Numbered from the stretch's first letter, positions 9,279 to 19,785 are shown. The stretch: DNA of 64,000 bases from Candidatus Latescibacterota bacterium (GCA_965222605.1 OZ244960.1:352001-416000); one strand, 5' to 3'. Program-made: numbers and translations. Notes: generated by a model from the letters alone, not told the origin.

Positions 9279-9737
9279 AATTAATTTTTGATTTCTCCGA
9301 ACTTCTCGCTTTCGCCGATAAAAGATTCATCGAAAGCTTCTTGAAGATCTCTAAGAGCGAGTTCAAATTGGGAATCAGCCGAAGACTTATTCTCAGACAT
9401 AATATTTTTCCTGTGAATAAAATAGTGAATTCAGATTTAACATAAAAAAGGACAAGACGGCTATAGACGAGATTATGGAGATTAACCTCCTTCTATTTGT
9501 CGTCCTTATATTTTCGCTTAAGATGGCGAGATGCAATGGCACTATAAAGAAAGCCGGCCAAGGCCACTATCAAGGCTATACCAGTCATAATAAAAAATGA
9601 TCTCATGCCGCTCCTCGAAAACTTTCAAAAACGATTTTGTTTCAATACCCGCTGTTTCCTGCATGTGTTTAGCGAGCGGGCATACGGTCAGGTCACATTG
9701 CTCTTCCCAAAGATACTCAGGCACTAGTTTGCAATAA

Positions 9738-10127
9738 CTACCACGGGGAGTTCACTTCTATGCGAGGAACTTCAGGATGGTTGTCACTGACTTTGGGCGG
9801 CCAAATATCAGCAAGATACGCTTCCACACCATTGCGGTGCTCTTGAAGTACGATTGCCCAAGTTACATAAAGACCCAGATGTTCATATTTCTGAATCTCC
9901 TGTTTTCTCCTGTGTTCGGCTATGCGTTCTTTAATATCCCCTTGACCAACGTACACCGCCCTGGGTTTATTACCTCCGTGCCAAATTATATAGACGCCAC
10001 AGGGCTTATTGTTGAAATGCGCGTGTTCCAAGTTTACAGAATTGAGCTTGCACCAGACATTGCCTTCACACCTTGTCCAGTTCAGGTGTAATGATAGTGC
10101 CTGCTTATGGGGAATCGGTATGCTCAT
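9738..10127 (-). CDS. Small GIY-YIG-like nuclease domain protein
   Basis: CGVYIIW...VYVGQG.IKERIAEHR...GVEAYL matches the GIY, YIG, Arg, His, Glu order. ATG at 10127 with a GGAGGTG RBS inside the upstream gene. Confidence 0.65.
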   Translation of the reverse strand: MSIPIPHKQALSLHLNWTRCEGNVWCKLNSVNLEHAHFNNKPCGVYIIWHGGNKPRAVYVGQGDIKERIAEHRRKQEIQKYEHLGLYVTWAIVLQEHRNGVEAYLADIWPPKVSDNHPEVPRIEVNSPW

Positions 10128-11064
10128 TGTCCACCTCCGAAAGTTCTTGTGGTTCATCAGAGCCTTGTAGGACTTGGTTGGGCTGTTCTTCTTCTTCTTC
10201 TGGAACCTCGAAGTAACTCACTGGTAGATTTTCACAGATCTCCTTAATGCGCTCGAATATAGCCAGTGTGTTCTGATCAGTCGCATGTTCCCGGACCAGG
10301 TCACAAACCTTTTTTTGTGAGTCAATTGCCTCAGAAATTCTTTGTCTGGTACGTCTATCAAGTACTTCTTCTCTCGCTTGTACCGGCAAGTTCGTGATGC
10401 ATAGGGTAAGTCTAAGGAATGCGCGGTCAACGGCATTACCAACTTCCACCACCGCATCGACTGGCGCAATCTGGAAGTAGTTACTCTGCGCCATCTCGTC
10501 TGAAAAGTAATCACACAATGCGGTACATCTTAATTGGAATGAATTGATAATTTCCCGAAAACTTGGGATAGATTTGCTCTTATTTTCTGCAGGTGTCTGA
10601 TAGGTCATAATTTCTTCAAAATCGTCATAAGAGACATCAAATTTTGCCGCAATATCTTCAAGTCGTTTTTGGGCATCGAAACTGAAAAGACGCGAAACCT
10701 GGTGCGACATGCTTTGCGAAGTCACTTTAGCGATCATGATGCCTATCATCGCAAGCCCCAAGAGGACTTCTATGCAAATGAGTGCCTTCGAGATGCCCAT
10801 CGGATGCATGTCGCCGTATCCTAAAGAAGAGACTGTGATGATACTAAAGTATATGCCTTGAAGAAACGTAACTTCAGAAAGCGGCTCGAGATTTTGTCCA
10901 ATGCCGTTGCCACCGGGGGTGAGGTAAGTATAAAAACATCCAGAGACAAAGACCACTACGGCGAAGAATACAACATACCAGCACATGTCGATGTCCAACG
11001 CCCTTTGGCTGAGTCTTGAAATGAACTGTTTAATTCTACCCAAAGGAGCCCTCTTCACTTTCAT
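10105..11064 (-). CDS. Two-TM potassium-channel pore (Ion_trans_2-like) protein with unknown cytoplasmic domain
   Basis: TM1, pore helix and filter IYFSIITVSSLGYGDMHP, TM2, then about 200 aa predicted helical region with an acidic tail. Confidence 0.85.
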   Translation of the reverse strand: MKVKRAPLGRIKQFISRLSQRALDIDMCWYVVFFAVVVFVSGCFYTYLTPGGNGIGQNLEPLSEVTFLQGIYFSIITVSSLGYGDMHPMGISKALICIEVLLGLAMIGIMIAKVTSQSMSHQVSRLFSFDAQKRLEDIAAKFDVSYDDFEEIMTYQTPAENKSKSIPSFREIINSFQLRCTALCDYFSDEMAQSNYFQIAPVDAVVEVGNAVDRAFLRLTLCITNLPVQAREEVLDRRTRQRISEAIDSQKKVCDLVREHATDQNTLAIFERIKEICENLPVSYFEVPEEEEEQPNQVLQGSDEPQELSEVDNEHTDSP

Positions 11065-11348
11065 CCTCTACCAGAACCGAGATAGTCCGCTATACGAAGT
11101 TCATCGTTAATATCGCACTTGTCTGGATCCCATAAGAGTTCTGTGCGATCTGGAGAGATCTCGTATTTTTCACGTTCATCGGTAGATGCGTGATAAAGCG
11201 TCGGAATCCATTTCAAAGGCACAGAAAGAATACGCCCATCCGTTAATTCAATATGAATATGCACATCATCAAAACGCACCTGATGAATAAGAGCTTCCTG
11301 AGGAAAGGTATATGCAGAAACCGGATATGGAATATCATACCATTTCAT
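11061..11348 (-). CDS. DUF2442-family protein (putative antitoxin)
   Basis: VRF...IELTDGRILSVPLKWIPTLYHAS..ER..YEI...LLW pattern. Confidence 0.8.
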   Translation of the reverse strand: MKWYDIPYPVSAYTFPQEALIHQVRFDDVHIHIELTDGRILSVPLKWIPTLYHASTDEREKYEISPDRTELLWDPDKCDINDELRIADYLGSGRG

Positions 11349-11412
11349 TTACCAAAGCCCTTCTCTCTCCCGCAAAAAATAATGCAGAGCGCGCAGCCTG
11401 TCCAGTCTTTAA

Positions 11413-12312
11413 TCACGCATCGCTGATCTTGATACCCGACAAAGTCTCAATAGCTTTTGTCACGGCTGAAAAATCGAGTGCGCCAGCACCCAGACTACTG
11501 GCGGCAGCATACATCTGATAGGCCACAGCCCCCAAAGGCACGGGCACATTCATCGCGCGCCCCATCTCCACGCCAATACCAATATCCTTTTTCATCAAAT
11601 CGAGCATAAACCCCGGCGCGTACTCATCTTTGAACACAAAATCTGCAACGCGCGCCTGAAAAGCCGACGAATTACCCGAACTCACGCTAATCACCTGCCG
11701 CATCACCTCGGGATCAGCACCCGCTTTAACGCCGAGGGTAAGCCCCTCTGCAATCGCTGCCATCGTAATACCACCGAGCAACTGATTGACAATTTTAACC
11801 GTTTGCCCCACGCCAACATCACCCACATGAAAAATATTCTCGCTATTGCCCATCGCGTCAAAAATCCCCTGGCAACGATCAAAATCGGCCTTTGCCCCAC
11901 CCGCAATAATGGTCAGCGTGCCGTTAATCGCCCCAATATCGCCGCCACTCACCGGCGCATCCATCACCCGAACCCCTTTTTGCGACGCCTGCTCTGCCAC
12001 ATCTTGAATCGTCAACGGCGAAATCGTACTCATATCCACAATGAGATCGCCCTCAGATGCCCCGGCCAAAACGCCTTGATCGCCCAAAATGACCTCGCGC
12101 ACCTCGGGATCAGCCGTCACAATCGTAATAATAATATCCGCAGCTTCGGCCACCGCCTGTGACGAAGGCACAAAAGTCGCCCCCGCGCCCTCCATCTCGG
12201 CCACAATCTCGTCTCGACGCGCGTAAAATACCACGTCAAAACCGGCCTTCAAAAGATTGTGGCACATAGGCTTCCCCATAATCCCCAGACCGACAAATCC
12301 AATTTTATCCAT
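11413..12312 (-). CDS. Beta-hydroxyacid dehydrogenase (GarR/GlxR/HIBADH family)
   Basis: IGFVGLGIMGKPM, DMSTISP, DAPVSGG and KIVNQ motifs. ATG at 12312 with AAGGAG. Confidence 0.93.
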   Translation of the reverse strand: MDKIGFVGLGIMGKPMCHNLLKAGFDVVFYARRDEIVAEMEGAGATFVPSSQAVAEAADIIITIVTADPEVREVILGDQGVLAGASEGDLIVDMSTISPLTIQDVAEQASQKGVRVMDAPVSGGDIGAINGTLTIIAGGAKADFDRCQGIFDAMGNSENIFHVGDVGVGQTVKIVNQLLGGITMAAIAEGLTLGVKAGADPEVMRQVISVSSGNSSAFQARVADFVFKDEYAPGFMLDLMKKDIGIGVEMGRAMNVPVPLGAVAYQMYAAASSLGAGALDFSAVTKAIETLSGIKISDA

Positions 12313-12349
12313 CTCGCCACTCCTTCCCTGGTAAAACATCTATTTGTCT

Positions 12350-12378
12350 TTGACAACTGAAATGCTTGAATATAATAT
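12350..12378 (+). promoter_or_regulatory. Putative sigma70 promoter of the FGGY kinase
   Basis: TTGACA at 12350-12355; TATAAT at 12371 (15-bp spacer) or TAATAT at 12373 (17-bp spacer). Confidence 0.55.
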
Positions 12379-12412
12379 AACCTAAACCTATTATTACAAT
12401 AAAGAGCCAACC

Positions 12413-13963
12413 ATGAACACAAAAACATCCTCCGACCCTCTACTCATCGGCATCGATGTTGGAACCACCAACATCAAAGCCCTGATCTTCGATCCTCGTG
12501 GCCACGAGATCGCCCGCGCACAAGCCAAAACGCCCACGCACCATCCACAGCCAGAATGGGCATATTACAAACCCGATGAACTCTGGGAAACCGTATGCGG
12601 CATCTTAAAAAAGGCCATTGCTCAAATCGACAACCCCGCCAACATCGCGGGCATTGCCACCGCGAGCATTGGCGAAACAGGCATCCCAATAGACAAGCGT
12701 GGAAATCCAACCGGTCATGCGATAGCGTGGTTTGACCAGCGCACCCGTCCGCAATGCGAACAACTGCGAAAAACCCTTGACCGCGACGAACTCTTTTCAC
12801 TCACAGGACTTCCCTTGCAACCCATTTTCAGCCTGTGCAAAATCCTCTGGATACGCGAACACCAGCCCGAAACCTTTGCGCGAACCGCGACCTGGCTAAA
12901 CACCGCCGATTATATTGCTTTCCGACTATCGGGCATACCCGCCACCGACTATTCGCTCGCCTCCCGCACCCTTGCCTTTGACCTCCACAGGCGACAATGG
13001 GCAAACGACCTCCTCAGTGAAGTCCATCTTTCGCCAAATCTCTTCGCGCCACTCTGCACTGCTGGAACCGACCTGGGTCCCATCCTTCCCGACATCGCAC
13101 GCGAAACTGGCCTGCCCCGGCACACGCGAATATGCGCTGGTGGACACGACCATATTTGCGGCGCCCTTGCCGTTGGCGTTACAGAGCCGGGAACAATGCT
13201 CAATTCTCTGGGCACCGCAGAAGCCCTGTGCCTGCCCATTTTCCAGCCGCTTACAGACCCGCAAATAGGCCGCCAAAACTTCACCATAGGCGCGCATGTC
13301 GCACCCGACCAATATTACTTCCTCGGCGGATTGTTCACAAGCGGTGCGAGCATCGAGTGGTTTCGCAGCTTATTTGGCGAAGGCGCAGACTATACCACCT
13401 TAATTTCAGAGGCGCGCGAATCGCCCCCCGGCAGCCTGGGCGTTGGCTTTCTCCCACAACTGCGCTTTACCAACCCACCCCATGCAGAAGCCATAGCGCG
13501 CGGGACATTTATTGGCCTGACACCCGATGTCAACCGCGGCACGCTCTTTCGCGCAGTCCTCGAAGGTCTATCTATGGAAATGCGCCATATTATCGAGGCG
13601 TCCAAATCCCATTCCGGCGTACCCAAAACAAAAAATATCGTCGCAATCGGCGGTGGCATACGCAATCAACTCCTCATGCAAATCAAAGCCACCGTTCTCA
13701 ATCAACCCATCGCCCTCGCCGAAATGGATGAAGCAACGGCTCTGGGCGCGGCAGTGCTCGCGGGATTGGGCACAGGTGTTTACACAGATGTCGCCAATGC
13801 CCTGCATACGCTTGACACCCCCATGCAGACCATTCACCCCATACCCGAACAGGTCGCGTATTACAACACAATTTACAACCGCGTACACAAGAAAATTTAC
13901 TCGGCTGTGCAAGGCCTGCACCATCAGATTGACCAGATTCAGACGGGAAATACAACGGAATAA
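12413..13963 (+). CDS. FGGY-family carbohydrate kinase
   Basis: IGIDVGTTNIK, IAWFDQR, GGHDH, RAVLEG, IGGG and EATALGAA motifs. Confidence 0.93.
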   Translation: MNTKTSSDPLLIGIDVGTTNIKALIFDPRGHEIARAQAKTPTHHPQPEWAYYKPDELWETVCGILKKAIAQIDNPANIAGIATASIGETGIPIDKRGNPTGHAIAWFDQRTRPQCEQLRKTLDRDELFSLTGLPLQPIFSLCKILWIREHQPETFARTATWLNTADYIAFRLSGIPATDYSLASRTLAFDLHRRQWANDLLSEVHLSPNLFAPLCTAGTDLGPILPDIARETGLPRHTRICAGGHDHICGALAVGVTEPGTMLNSLGTAEALCLPIFQPLTDPQIGRQNFTIGAHVAPDQYYFLGGLFTSGASIEWFRSLFGEGADYTTLISEARESPPGSLGVGFLPQLRFTNPPHAEAIARGTFIGLTPDVNRGTLFRAVLEGLSMEMRHIIEASKSHSGVPKTKNIVAIGGGIRNQLLMQIKATVLNQPIALAEMDEATALGAAVLAGLGTGVYTDVANALHTLDTPMQTIHPIPEQVAYYNTIYNRVHKKIYSAVQGLHHQIDQIQTGNTTE

Positions 13964-14010
13964 TGTCACTTCGCAATTCAATCAAACGACGGGGCGGAAA
14001 ACACATCGCT

Positions 14011-15801
14011 TCAGACAACCTTGTTTTTTTTAATTTCCATATTCCGAAATTGCAAATCGCACAACTCGCGATAAAGTCCACCCCTGGCAAACAACGCCTC
14101 ATGCGTTCCGCGCTGCGCGATCTCGCCGCGATCCAGCACCAGAATGCAATCCGCATGTTGTACTGTTGACAACCGATGCGCAATAATAAACGTCGTGCGT
14201 CCCGCCATCAACCGTTCCAATGCCTGTTGCACCTGCGCTTCTGAAGCCGAATCCAGCGATGAAGTGGCCTCATCCAGCAACAAAATGCGCGCATCTCTCA
14301 GCAAAGCCCGCGCAATCGCAACCCTCTGCCGCTGTCCCCCACTCAATTTCACGCCCTTTTCCCCAACCAACGCATCGTATCCATCAGGTAATTCCACAAT
14401 AAAATCGTGGGCATTCGCATCTCGCGCTGCCTGCTCGACCTCTTCATCCGTCGCGTCCAACCGCCCGTATCGGATATTTTCACCAACGGAAGTACCGAAC
14501 AAATCCACATCCTGTGACACCAGCGCAATCTGTTCGCGCAGCGATACAATCTGCACATCGCGCACATCCACGCCATCCACGCGCACAACCCCAGAGGTCG
14601 CATCGTAAAACCTCGGAATCAGATTCATCAGCGTCGTCTTGCCTGCGCCACTCGCTCCCACAAGTGCTATGGTTTGCCCGGGCAGGGTTTCAAAAGAAAT
14701 TCCTTTGAGCACCGGACGGTCGGGCTGGTATCCAAACCACACATCATCAAACACCACGGCACCGCGAACATCTGCAAGCGGAAACGCACCATCGCCATCG
14801 GCAATCTCCGGTCGCGTATCGAGCAACTCAAAAATGTGTTCTGACGCGCCCACAGCAGAATTTAAGGACGCATAAAGACGCGAAATCCCCATCACAGATC
14901 GGGCAATATTCATCGCGTAAAAAATAAACGCCACCAGATCGCCCGCCGACAAGCGCTCGGCCAGCACCTCCGTGCCCCCGTACCAGAAAATCACCACCAG
15001 TGCCAGCATAAAAAGAAATGCGATACAAGCCGAAAAAACCGCTTCCATAATCACGCGATAGCGCGACGTGCGAAACAAATCTTCGTTTGCCTCGCCATAT
15101 CGATTCACCTCAAAAACTTCGCGTGCAAACGCCTTGACAACCCGCACAGCCGACAGTGCTTCTTCGGCAATCGCAGTCGTATCGCCCAACCGATCCTGCA
15201 CCGTGCGAGATAACTCGCGGATGCGCTGTCCAAAATAGCGCGCCCCCACAGCGGCAACCGGCGCGGCAGCAAACACCACCAGACTCAATCGCCAATTGAG
15301 AACAACCATAGCCCCCACAGAACCAACAGTCATAATCCCCGTCATCAAAACCTGCGAAATAGCCCCCGTCGCGGCATTTCTGATGGCCCCCACATCATTG
15401 GTCAAACGCGACATGAGTTCGCCCAACCTGTGATCGGCATAAAAGCGAAGCCCCAAAACGTGCAAATGCGCGTAAACCTTCTTTCGCAGATCCGTCACCA
15501 CGCGCTCACCCACCCAGGAAATCCAGTAATGACTGCCCACGTGCAAAAGCGACTGAAGCACAAACAGCACCAGCATGCCAAGTGCCAGCAAATCCAACTG
15601 GTGTCGATCGCCCTGCTCAAACACAGAATCCAATAGCGACCGCAAGCCCAGTGGAATCAGCAGCCACACACCTGTGGAAAACGCGGTAAATACCAGCCCC
15701 AGGACGAGCCGCAACAAGTATGGCCGGGCAAAAGCAAAAATTCGCTTCCACGCCAGCCACAATGCCACAGGAGAATATGTTTGGCTCTTTTTATTAGTCA
15801 T
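14011..15801 (-). CDS. ABC exporter, fused permease/ATPase (MsbA-like)
   Basis: Six-TM domain, Walker [25 protein letters not shown] and IAHR. Confidence 0.93.
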   Translation of the reverse strand: MTNKKSQTYSPVALWLAWKRIFAFARPYLLRLVLGLVFTAFSTGVWLLIPLGLRSLLDSVFEQGDRHQLDLLALGMLVLFVLQSLLHVGSHYWISWVGERVVTDLRKKVYAHLHVLGLRFYADHRLGELMSRLTNDVGAIRNAATGAISQVLMTGIMTVGSVGAMVVLNWRLSLVVFAAAPVAAVGARYFGQRIRELSRTVQDRLGDTTAIAEEALSAVRVVKAFAREVFEVNRYGEANEDLFRTSRYRVIMEAVFSACIAFLFMLALVVIFWYGGTEVLAERLSAGDLVAFIFYAMNIARSVMGISRLYASLNSAVGASEHIFELLDTRPEIADGDGAFPLADVRGAVVFDDVWFGYQPDRPVLKGISFETLPGQTIALVGASGAGKTTLMNLIPRFYDATSGVVRVDGVDVRDVQIVSLREQIALVSQDVDLFGTSVGENIRYGRLDATDEEVEQAARDANAHDFIVELPDGYDALVGEKGVKLSGGQRQRVAIARALLRDARILLLDEATSSLDSASEAQVQQALERLMAGRTTFIIAHRLSTVQHADCILVLDRGEIAQRGTHEALFARGGLYRELCDLQFRNMEIKKNKVV

Positions 15802-17496
15802 TCATTTTCCCCTCAAAACGGACGTTTTCTCAACATCCACTTCGAGATCAGCCGTGATCGCCACGCCGTAACAATCTCGCGCAGCTTCAAGCGATAGCCG
15901 CTCCTGTTTGACATCCTCCAGCACCCTTTTGGGATCGCGTTCAAAAGGCGACCCATAGCCTCCACCACCCGGAATACGCAACGTCACCGACTGCCCGGGT
16001 TGGAGATCATAGCGACCCTTTGGCGGCAGAACAGTGCCATTCGACAAAAAAAGTTCGCCACACCTGCCATCGCGCCCCCCCAAAAAACCGCGCGGTGCAT
16101 AGCGCGTGCGATCGTACATACAAGAATGCAGCGTGGGATGATCGGAGTCAACAGACAAAACCATCTCCTGCCCCAGGCCACCTCGAAAAGTACCCGCACC
16201 ACCAGAATCGGGAATCAACGCGCGCCTGTGCATAATCACGGGCGACACGGACTCAATCGCTTCGGCAGGCACGCCCTTAATCCCACTGGGGAATGCCGTC
16301 GCCGAAATCCCATCATCGCCAGGACGCGCACCCATACCACCCGCGGAAAAAAAGATATACGAAAAGCGTTCACCCGTGCGCCCTACCCCCTCCAACTGCG
16401 TATTCCAAAGCCCAGCTGAACCATCGGCAATCACGCGATCGGGAATCGCCTGAGACAGCGCACCGAACAGCGGTTGCGAAAGAAAATGTCCAACCAGATG
16501 CCGCGCGCCCACAGCACATGGAAATTGCGCGTTTAAGATACATCCCTCGGGTGCCGTAACTGTTATGGGCCGAAAACTACCTTCATTATTGGGAATATGC
16601 GGACTAATGGCGCATTTCAAGGGATAAGTCGTATAAGCATGCGTATAATTGTACACCACATTGATCCCGCGATCTACCTGTGGCGACGTGCCCGTATAGT
16701 CAACGATCAAACGGCGATCTTTGACAATAACTTTTGCGCGAATAACCAGCGGCCTATCATACCCATCGAGTTCCACCTCATCCTCATAAACGCCATTTGC
16801 AATCTCCAAAATCGCCTCTCGGGTTGCCGCTTCTGACCGGTCCAAAATCAGCCCCGACAATCCCTCCAGATCCGCGAGATCGTAATTTTCCAGTGCCTGA
16901 AGCAGCTTGACAGCCCCCACATCATTCCCTGCCTGTTGCGCGTACAAATCGCCGACGACCTGATCTGGCTCGCGCACATTTGCCCGCACAATTGCGATCA
17001 AATCGCGATTGATCTCCCCTTCACCAAACAATTTCATAATTGGGATATTCAGGCCCTCTTCATACACCTGACGCGCACCGGCCCCCAGCGTGCGACCGCC
17101 AATATCCATTGCATGGCAGGTATTGGCAAACCACCCCACGCCCCTTCCCCGATAAAAAACGGGCGTGACAACCGTAATATCGTGCAAATGCCCCGACCCC
17201 AGCCACGGATCATTGGTGAGCAAACTATCGCCGGGTTTCAACGTATCAATCGGATACGCTTTCACAAAATGCCGCACGCAATTCGCCATCGTATTGATAT
17301 GCCCCGGCGTCCCCGTCACCGCTTGTGCCAGCATATTGCCCGCGCGATCAAACACCCCCGCAGACAGGTCGCCGGCCTCTCGCACCACAGTTGTAAAAGA
17401 AGCGTGCATCAATACTGCTGCCTGTTCATTCACAATTGAAATGAGGCGATTCCACAGTACTTCCAACTCAACCGCGTCGATCTCGCGTCCCGTCAT
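15802..17496 (-). CDS. hyuB: Hydantoinase B/oxoprolinase family protein
   Basis: VREAGDLS, TNDPWLGSGHLHD, DIGG, DSGGAGxFRGG and PGGGGYG motifs. Confidence 0.92.
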   Translation of the reverse strand: MTGREIDAVELEVLWNRLISIVNEQAAVLMHASFTTVVREAGDLSAGVFDRAGNMLAQAVTGTPGHINTMANCVRHFVKAYPIDTLKPGDSLLTNDPWLGSGHLHDITVVTPVFYRGRGVGWFANTCHAMDIGGRTLGAGARQVYEEGLNIPIMKLFGEGEINRDLIAIVRANVREPDQVVGDLYAQQAGNDVGAVKLLQALENYDLADLEGLSGLILDRSEAATREAILEIANGVYEDEVELDGYDRPLVIRAKVIVKDRRLIVDYTGTSPQVDRGINVVYNYTHAYTTYPLKCAISPHIPNNEGSFRPITVTAPEGCILNAQFPCAVGARHLVGHFLSQPLFGALSQAIPDRVIADGSAGLWNTQLEGVGRTGERFSYIFFSAGGMGARPGDDGISATAFPSGIKGVPAEAIESVSPVIMHRRALIPDSGGAGTFRGGLGQEMVLSVDSDHPTLHSCMYDRTRYAPRGFLGGRDGRCGELFLSNGTVLPPKGRYDLQPGQSVTLRIPGGGGYGSPFERDPKRVLEDVKQERLSLEAARDCYGVAITADLEVDVEKTSVLRGK

Positions 17497-19580
17497 GCAT
17501 CCTCCCTGATGAGAATCAGATTACCTGTATCATCGGCATGCAACACCCATCCCGGTGGCAATACCGTAGTGGATTCGACTTCCTCGACAATAGCGGGACC
17601 TTTCAAAACAACTCCTCTTCCGAGTTTGTGTCGCTTGTAAACCTCAGTCCTGCATTTCCCTTCTGCAAAAAGAACATCGCGCTGTCCCTCGGCCCCTCGA
17701 TCACCAGCGACTTCTTCAATGGACCCAGAGCCGCAAATTTCAGGCTCTGGCCCCGAAATCGTCACGCGCCAGTGGATGGCCTCAACGGGAACCCCTTCAC
17801 ATAGACGTCCGTATAATTTTTTGTAGGACGCATCAAAAGCTGCTTGAAGCTCGCCCTCGGAACCTTCCGTCAGCTCTCCCAAAGGCACGGGAACGCTTAT
17901 CTCGTGCCCCTGCCCCACATATCGCATATCAGCTGTGCGTACCACGCGAATCTCAGAATCATCGATCCCCGCCTCTCGCACAAGCGCGCGGCCTTCGTCT
18001 TCCATCTCCCCATAGAGCTTATTGACAACCTCGCGCTCCAATGCGGCGATCCGCGACACAAAACTCCGCACATAATCAAAAGCAATGGGCGCGAGCATCA
18101 AACCAAAAGCCGACCCAACACCCGCAGCCGGCGGCACAATCACCCGATCAATCCCCAACCGCATCGCAACGCCGCATGCGTGTACAGGACCAGCCCCACC
18201 CGTCGCAACCAGCGAGTATCCATTCAAATCGATCCCGCGCTCGGCAGCGTGAACCCGCGCAGCATTGGCCATATTTTCATTCACCAAATCGTGAATCCCC
18301 TGTGCGGCGCGCATGCGATCCAGCCTGGTAAATCGCGCAAATTCATCAACCGCATCCGCAGCGCGATCCACATCCAGATCCATTTGCCCGCCCAAAAAAT
18401 ACTCGGCATTCAAATAGCCCAGCAAGAGATCGGCATCCGTCACTGTGGGCAACTGCCCCCCGCGCGCATAACAGGCAGGACCGGGATCTGCCCCCGCACT
18501 TTGCGGCCCAACCGTGGGCAAACCCAATTCACTCGCATGCGCGATACTGCCCCCACCTGCTCCAATCTCGATCATATCGAGCACGGGCACGAGCAAGGGC
18601 AACCCGCTGCCGCGCTTGAAGCGATAAACCCGCGCGACCTCTGATTCAGTCGTAACTGGAAATGCCCCATTTTCGCTCAAAATGGCCTTTGCCGTCGTAC
18701 CCCCCATATCAAAAGCGAGAATCCGCCGATATCCCGACCGACTTCCATAATGCGCCGCGGCAAGCGCGCCGCCGCAAGGACCGGATTCTACGAGGCGCAC
18801 GGGAAAACGCACTGCGGTCTGCACAGAACACGACCCGCCGTTTGAAAGCATAATATGCAGCGGTGCCAAAATCCCCAGCACCTTCAACCCATCTTCCAAA
18901 CGCGCGAGATATTTTTCGACCATGGGCTGCACATAAGCATTTGCCACAGTCGTGGAAGTGCGCTCAAATTCTCGAAGTTCGGCGGCAACCCTGTGCGAAA
19001 CCGAAATGCCTACATCGGGCATAAGAGAACGCACAATTTCCTCTGCACGACGCTCGTGATCGGGATTGACATAAGCGTGCAAAAATGCAATGGCGACCGC
19101 ATCCACACCGGCTTCGCGCAACATCTCGCAGGCTTTGAACACATCATCTTCGTTTAATGGCGTCATCACCTCGCCACGCGCGTATAGCCGCTCCCGCACC
19201 TCAACGCGCAACCGCCTCTCAACGAGGGGTTCGGGCAATTTCAAAAACAAATCGTAGATATCGTAACGCCCCTCTCTCCCAATTTCCAGTGCATCTCGAA
19301 AACCCGCTGTCGCAATCAGCCCGGTCCTGGCCCCCCTGCGCTCAATCAGGGCATTCGTCACCAGTGTCGTGCCGTGAACCGCCCGGGAAATCGCGCCGGG
19401 CGATACCCCCCCGTCGAGCATCTCTTTCACGCCTTCCAGCACACTGATTGAAGGGTCTGGAGACTGCGTCAACACCTTCGCTACAGATAAAACACCCGAA
19501 GCGTGTTCTCTCAACACAACATCTGTAAACGTGCCGCCAATATCTATTGCAAGCGTGTATGCCTCCTCACTCACCCTCAT
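17493..19580 (-). CDS. hyuA: Hydantoinase A/oxoprolinase family protein
   Basis: DIGGTFTD, HGTTLVTN, ESGP, DMGGTT, IGAGGGS, SAGADPGPACY and DMRYVGQ motifs. ATGA overlap with hyuB. Confidence 0.92.
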   Translation of the reverse strand: MRVSEEAYTLAIDIGGTFTDVVLREHASGVLSVAKVLTQSPDPSISVLEGVKEMLDGGVSPGAISRAVHGTTLVTNALIERRGARTGLIATAGFRDALEIGREGRYDIYDLFLKLPEPLVERRLRVEVRERLYARGEVMTPLNEDDVFKACEMLREAGVDAVAIAFLHAYVNPDHERRAEEIVRSLMPDVGISVSHRVAAELREFERTSTTVANAYVQPMVEKYLARLEDGLKVLGILAPLHIMLSNGGSCSVQTAVRFPVRLVESGPCGGALAAAHYGSRSGYRRILAFDMGGTTAKAILSENGAFPVTTESEVARVYRFKRGSGLPLLVPVLDMIEIGAGGGSIAHASELGLPTVGPQSAGADPGPACYARGGQLPTVTDADLLLGYLNAEYFLGGQMDLDVDRAADAVDEFARFTRLDRMRAAQGIHDLVNENMANAARVHAAERGIDLNGYSLVATGGAGPVHACGVAMRLGIDRVIVPPAAGVGSAFGLMLAPIAFDYVRSFVSRIAALEREVVNKLYGEMEDEGRALVREAGIDDSEIRVVRTADMRYVGQGHEISVPVPLGELTEGSEGELQAAFDASYKKLYGRLCEGVPVEAIHWRVTISGPEPEICGSGSIEEVAGDRGAEGQRDVLFAEGKCRTEVYKRHKLGRGVVLKGPAIVEEVESTTVLPPGWVLHADDTGNLILIREDA

Positions 19581-19655
19581 CTCCTTTGCATTTATTTTTA
19601 TTCTACATTTAAAAAATAAAGAACAGTTCCTTTACCAACAAAGGCAAAATTGACC

Positions 19656-19684
19656 TTGACAAGCCATGGTCCTTTTTGTAATTT
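19656..19684 (+). promoter_or_regulatory. Putative sigma70 promoter of tRNA-Gly
   Basis: TTGACA (19656-19661), 17-bp spacer, TAATTT (19679-19684). Confidence 0.7.
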
Positions 19685-19701
19685 TTGATCCCTCATAATG
19701 A

Positions 19702-19778
19702 GCGGGAATAGCTCAGCTGGCTAGAGCATCTGCTTGCCATGCAGAAGGTCGCGGGTTCGAATCCCGTTTCCCGCTCCA
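19702..19778 (+). tRNA. tRNA-Gly(GCC)
   Basis: Acceptor stem GCGGGAA/TTCCCGC, anticodon arm TCTGC-TTGCCAT-GCAGA, T-loop GGTTCGAATCC and encoded CCA. Confidence 0.97.
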
Positions 19779-19785
19779 TTAACCC

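Noticed and set aside
9542-9724. 60-aa ORF downstream of the GIY-YIG-like gene
   Set aside because: GTG start with no clear RBS or recognisable motif; cannot be supported, though not excluded.
19702-19778. tRNA-Gly as an integration site
   Set aside because: No integrase nearby, and I saw no duplicated tRNA 3' end in the window.
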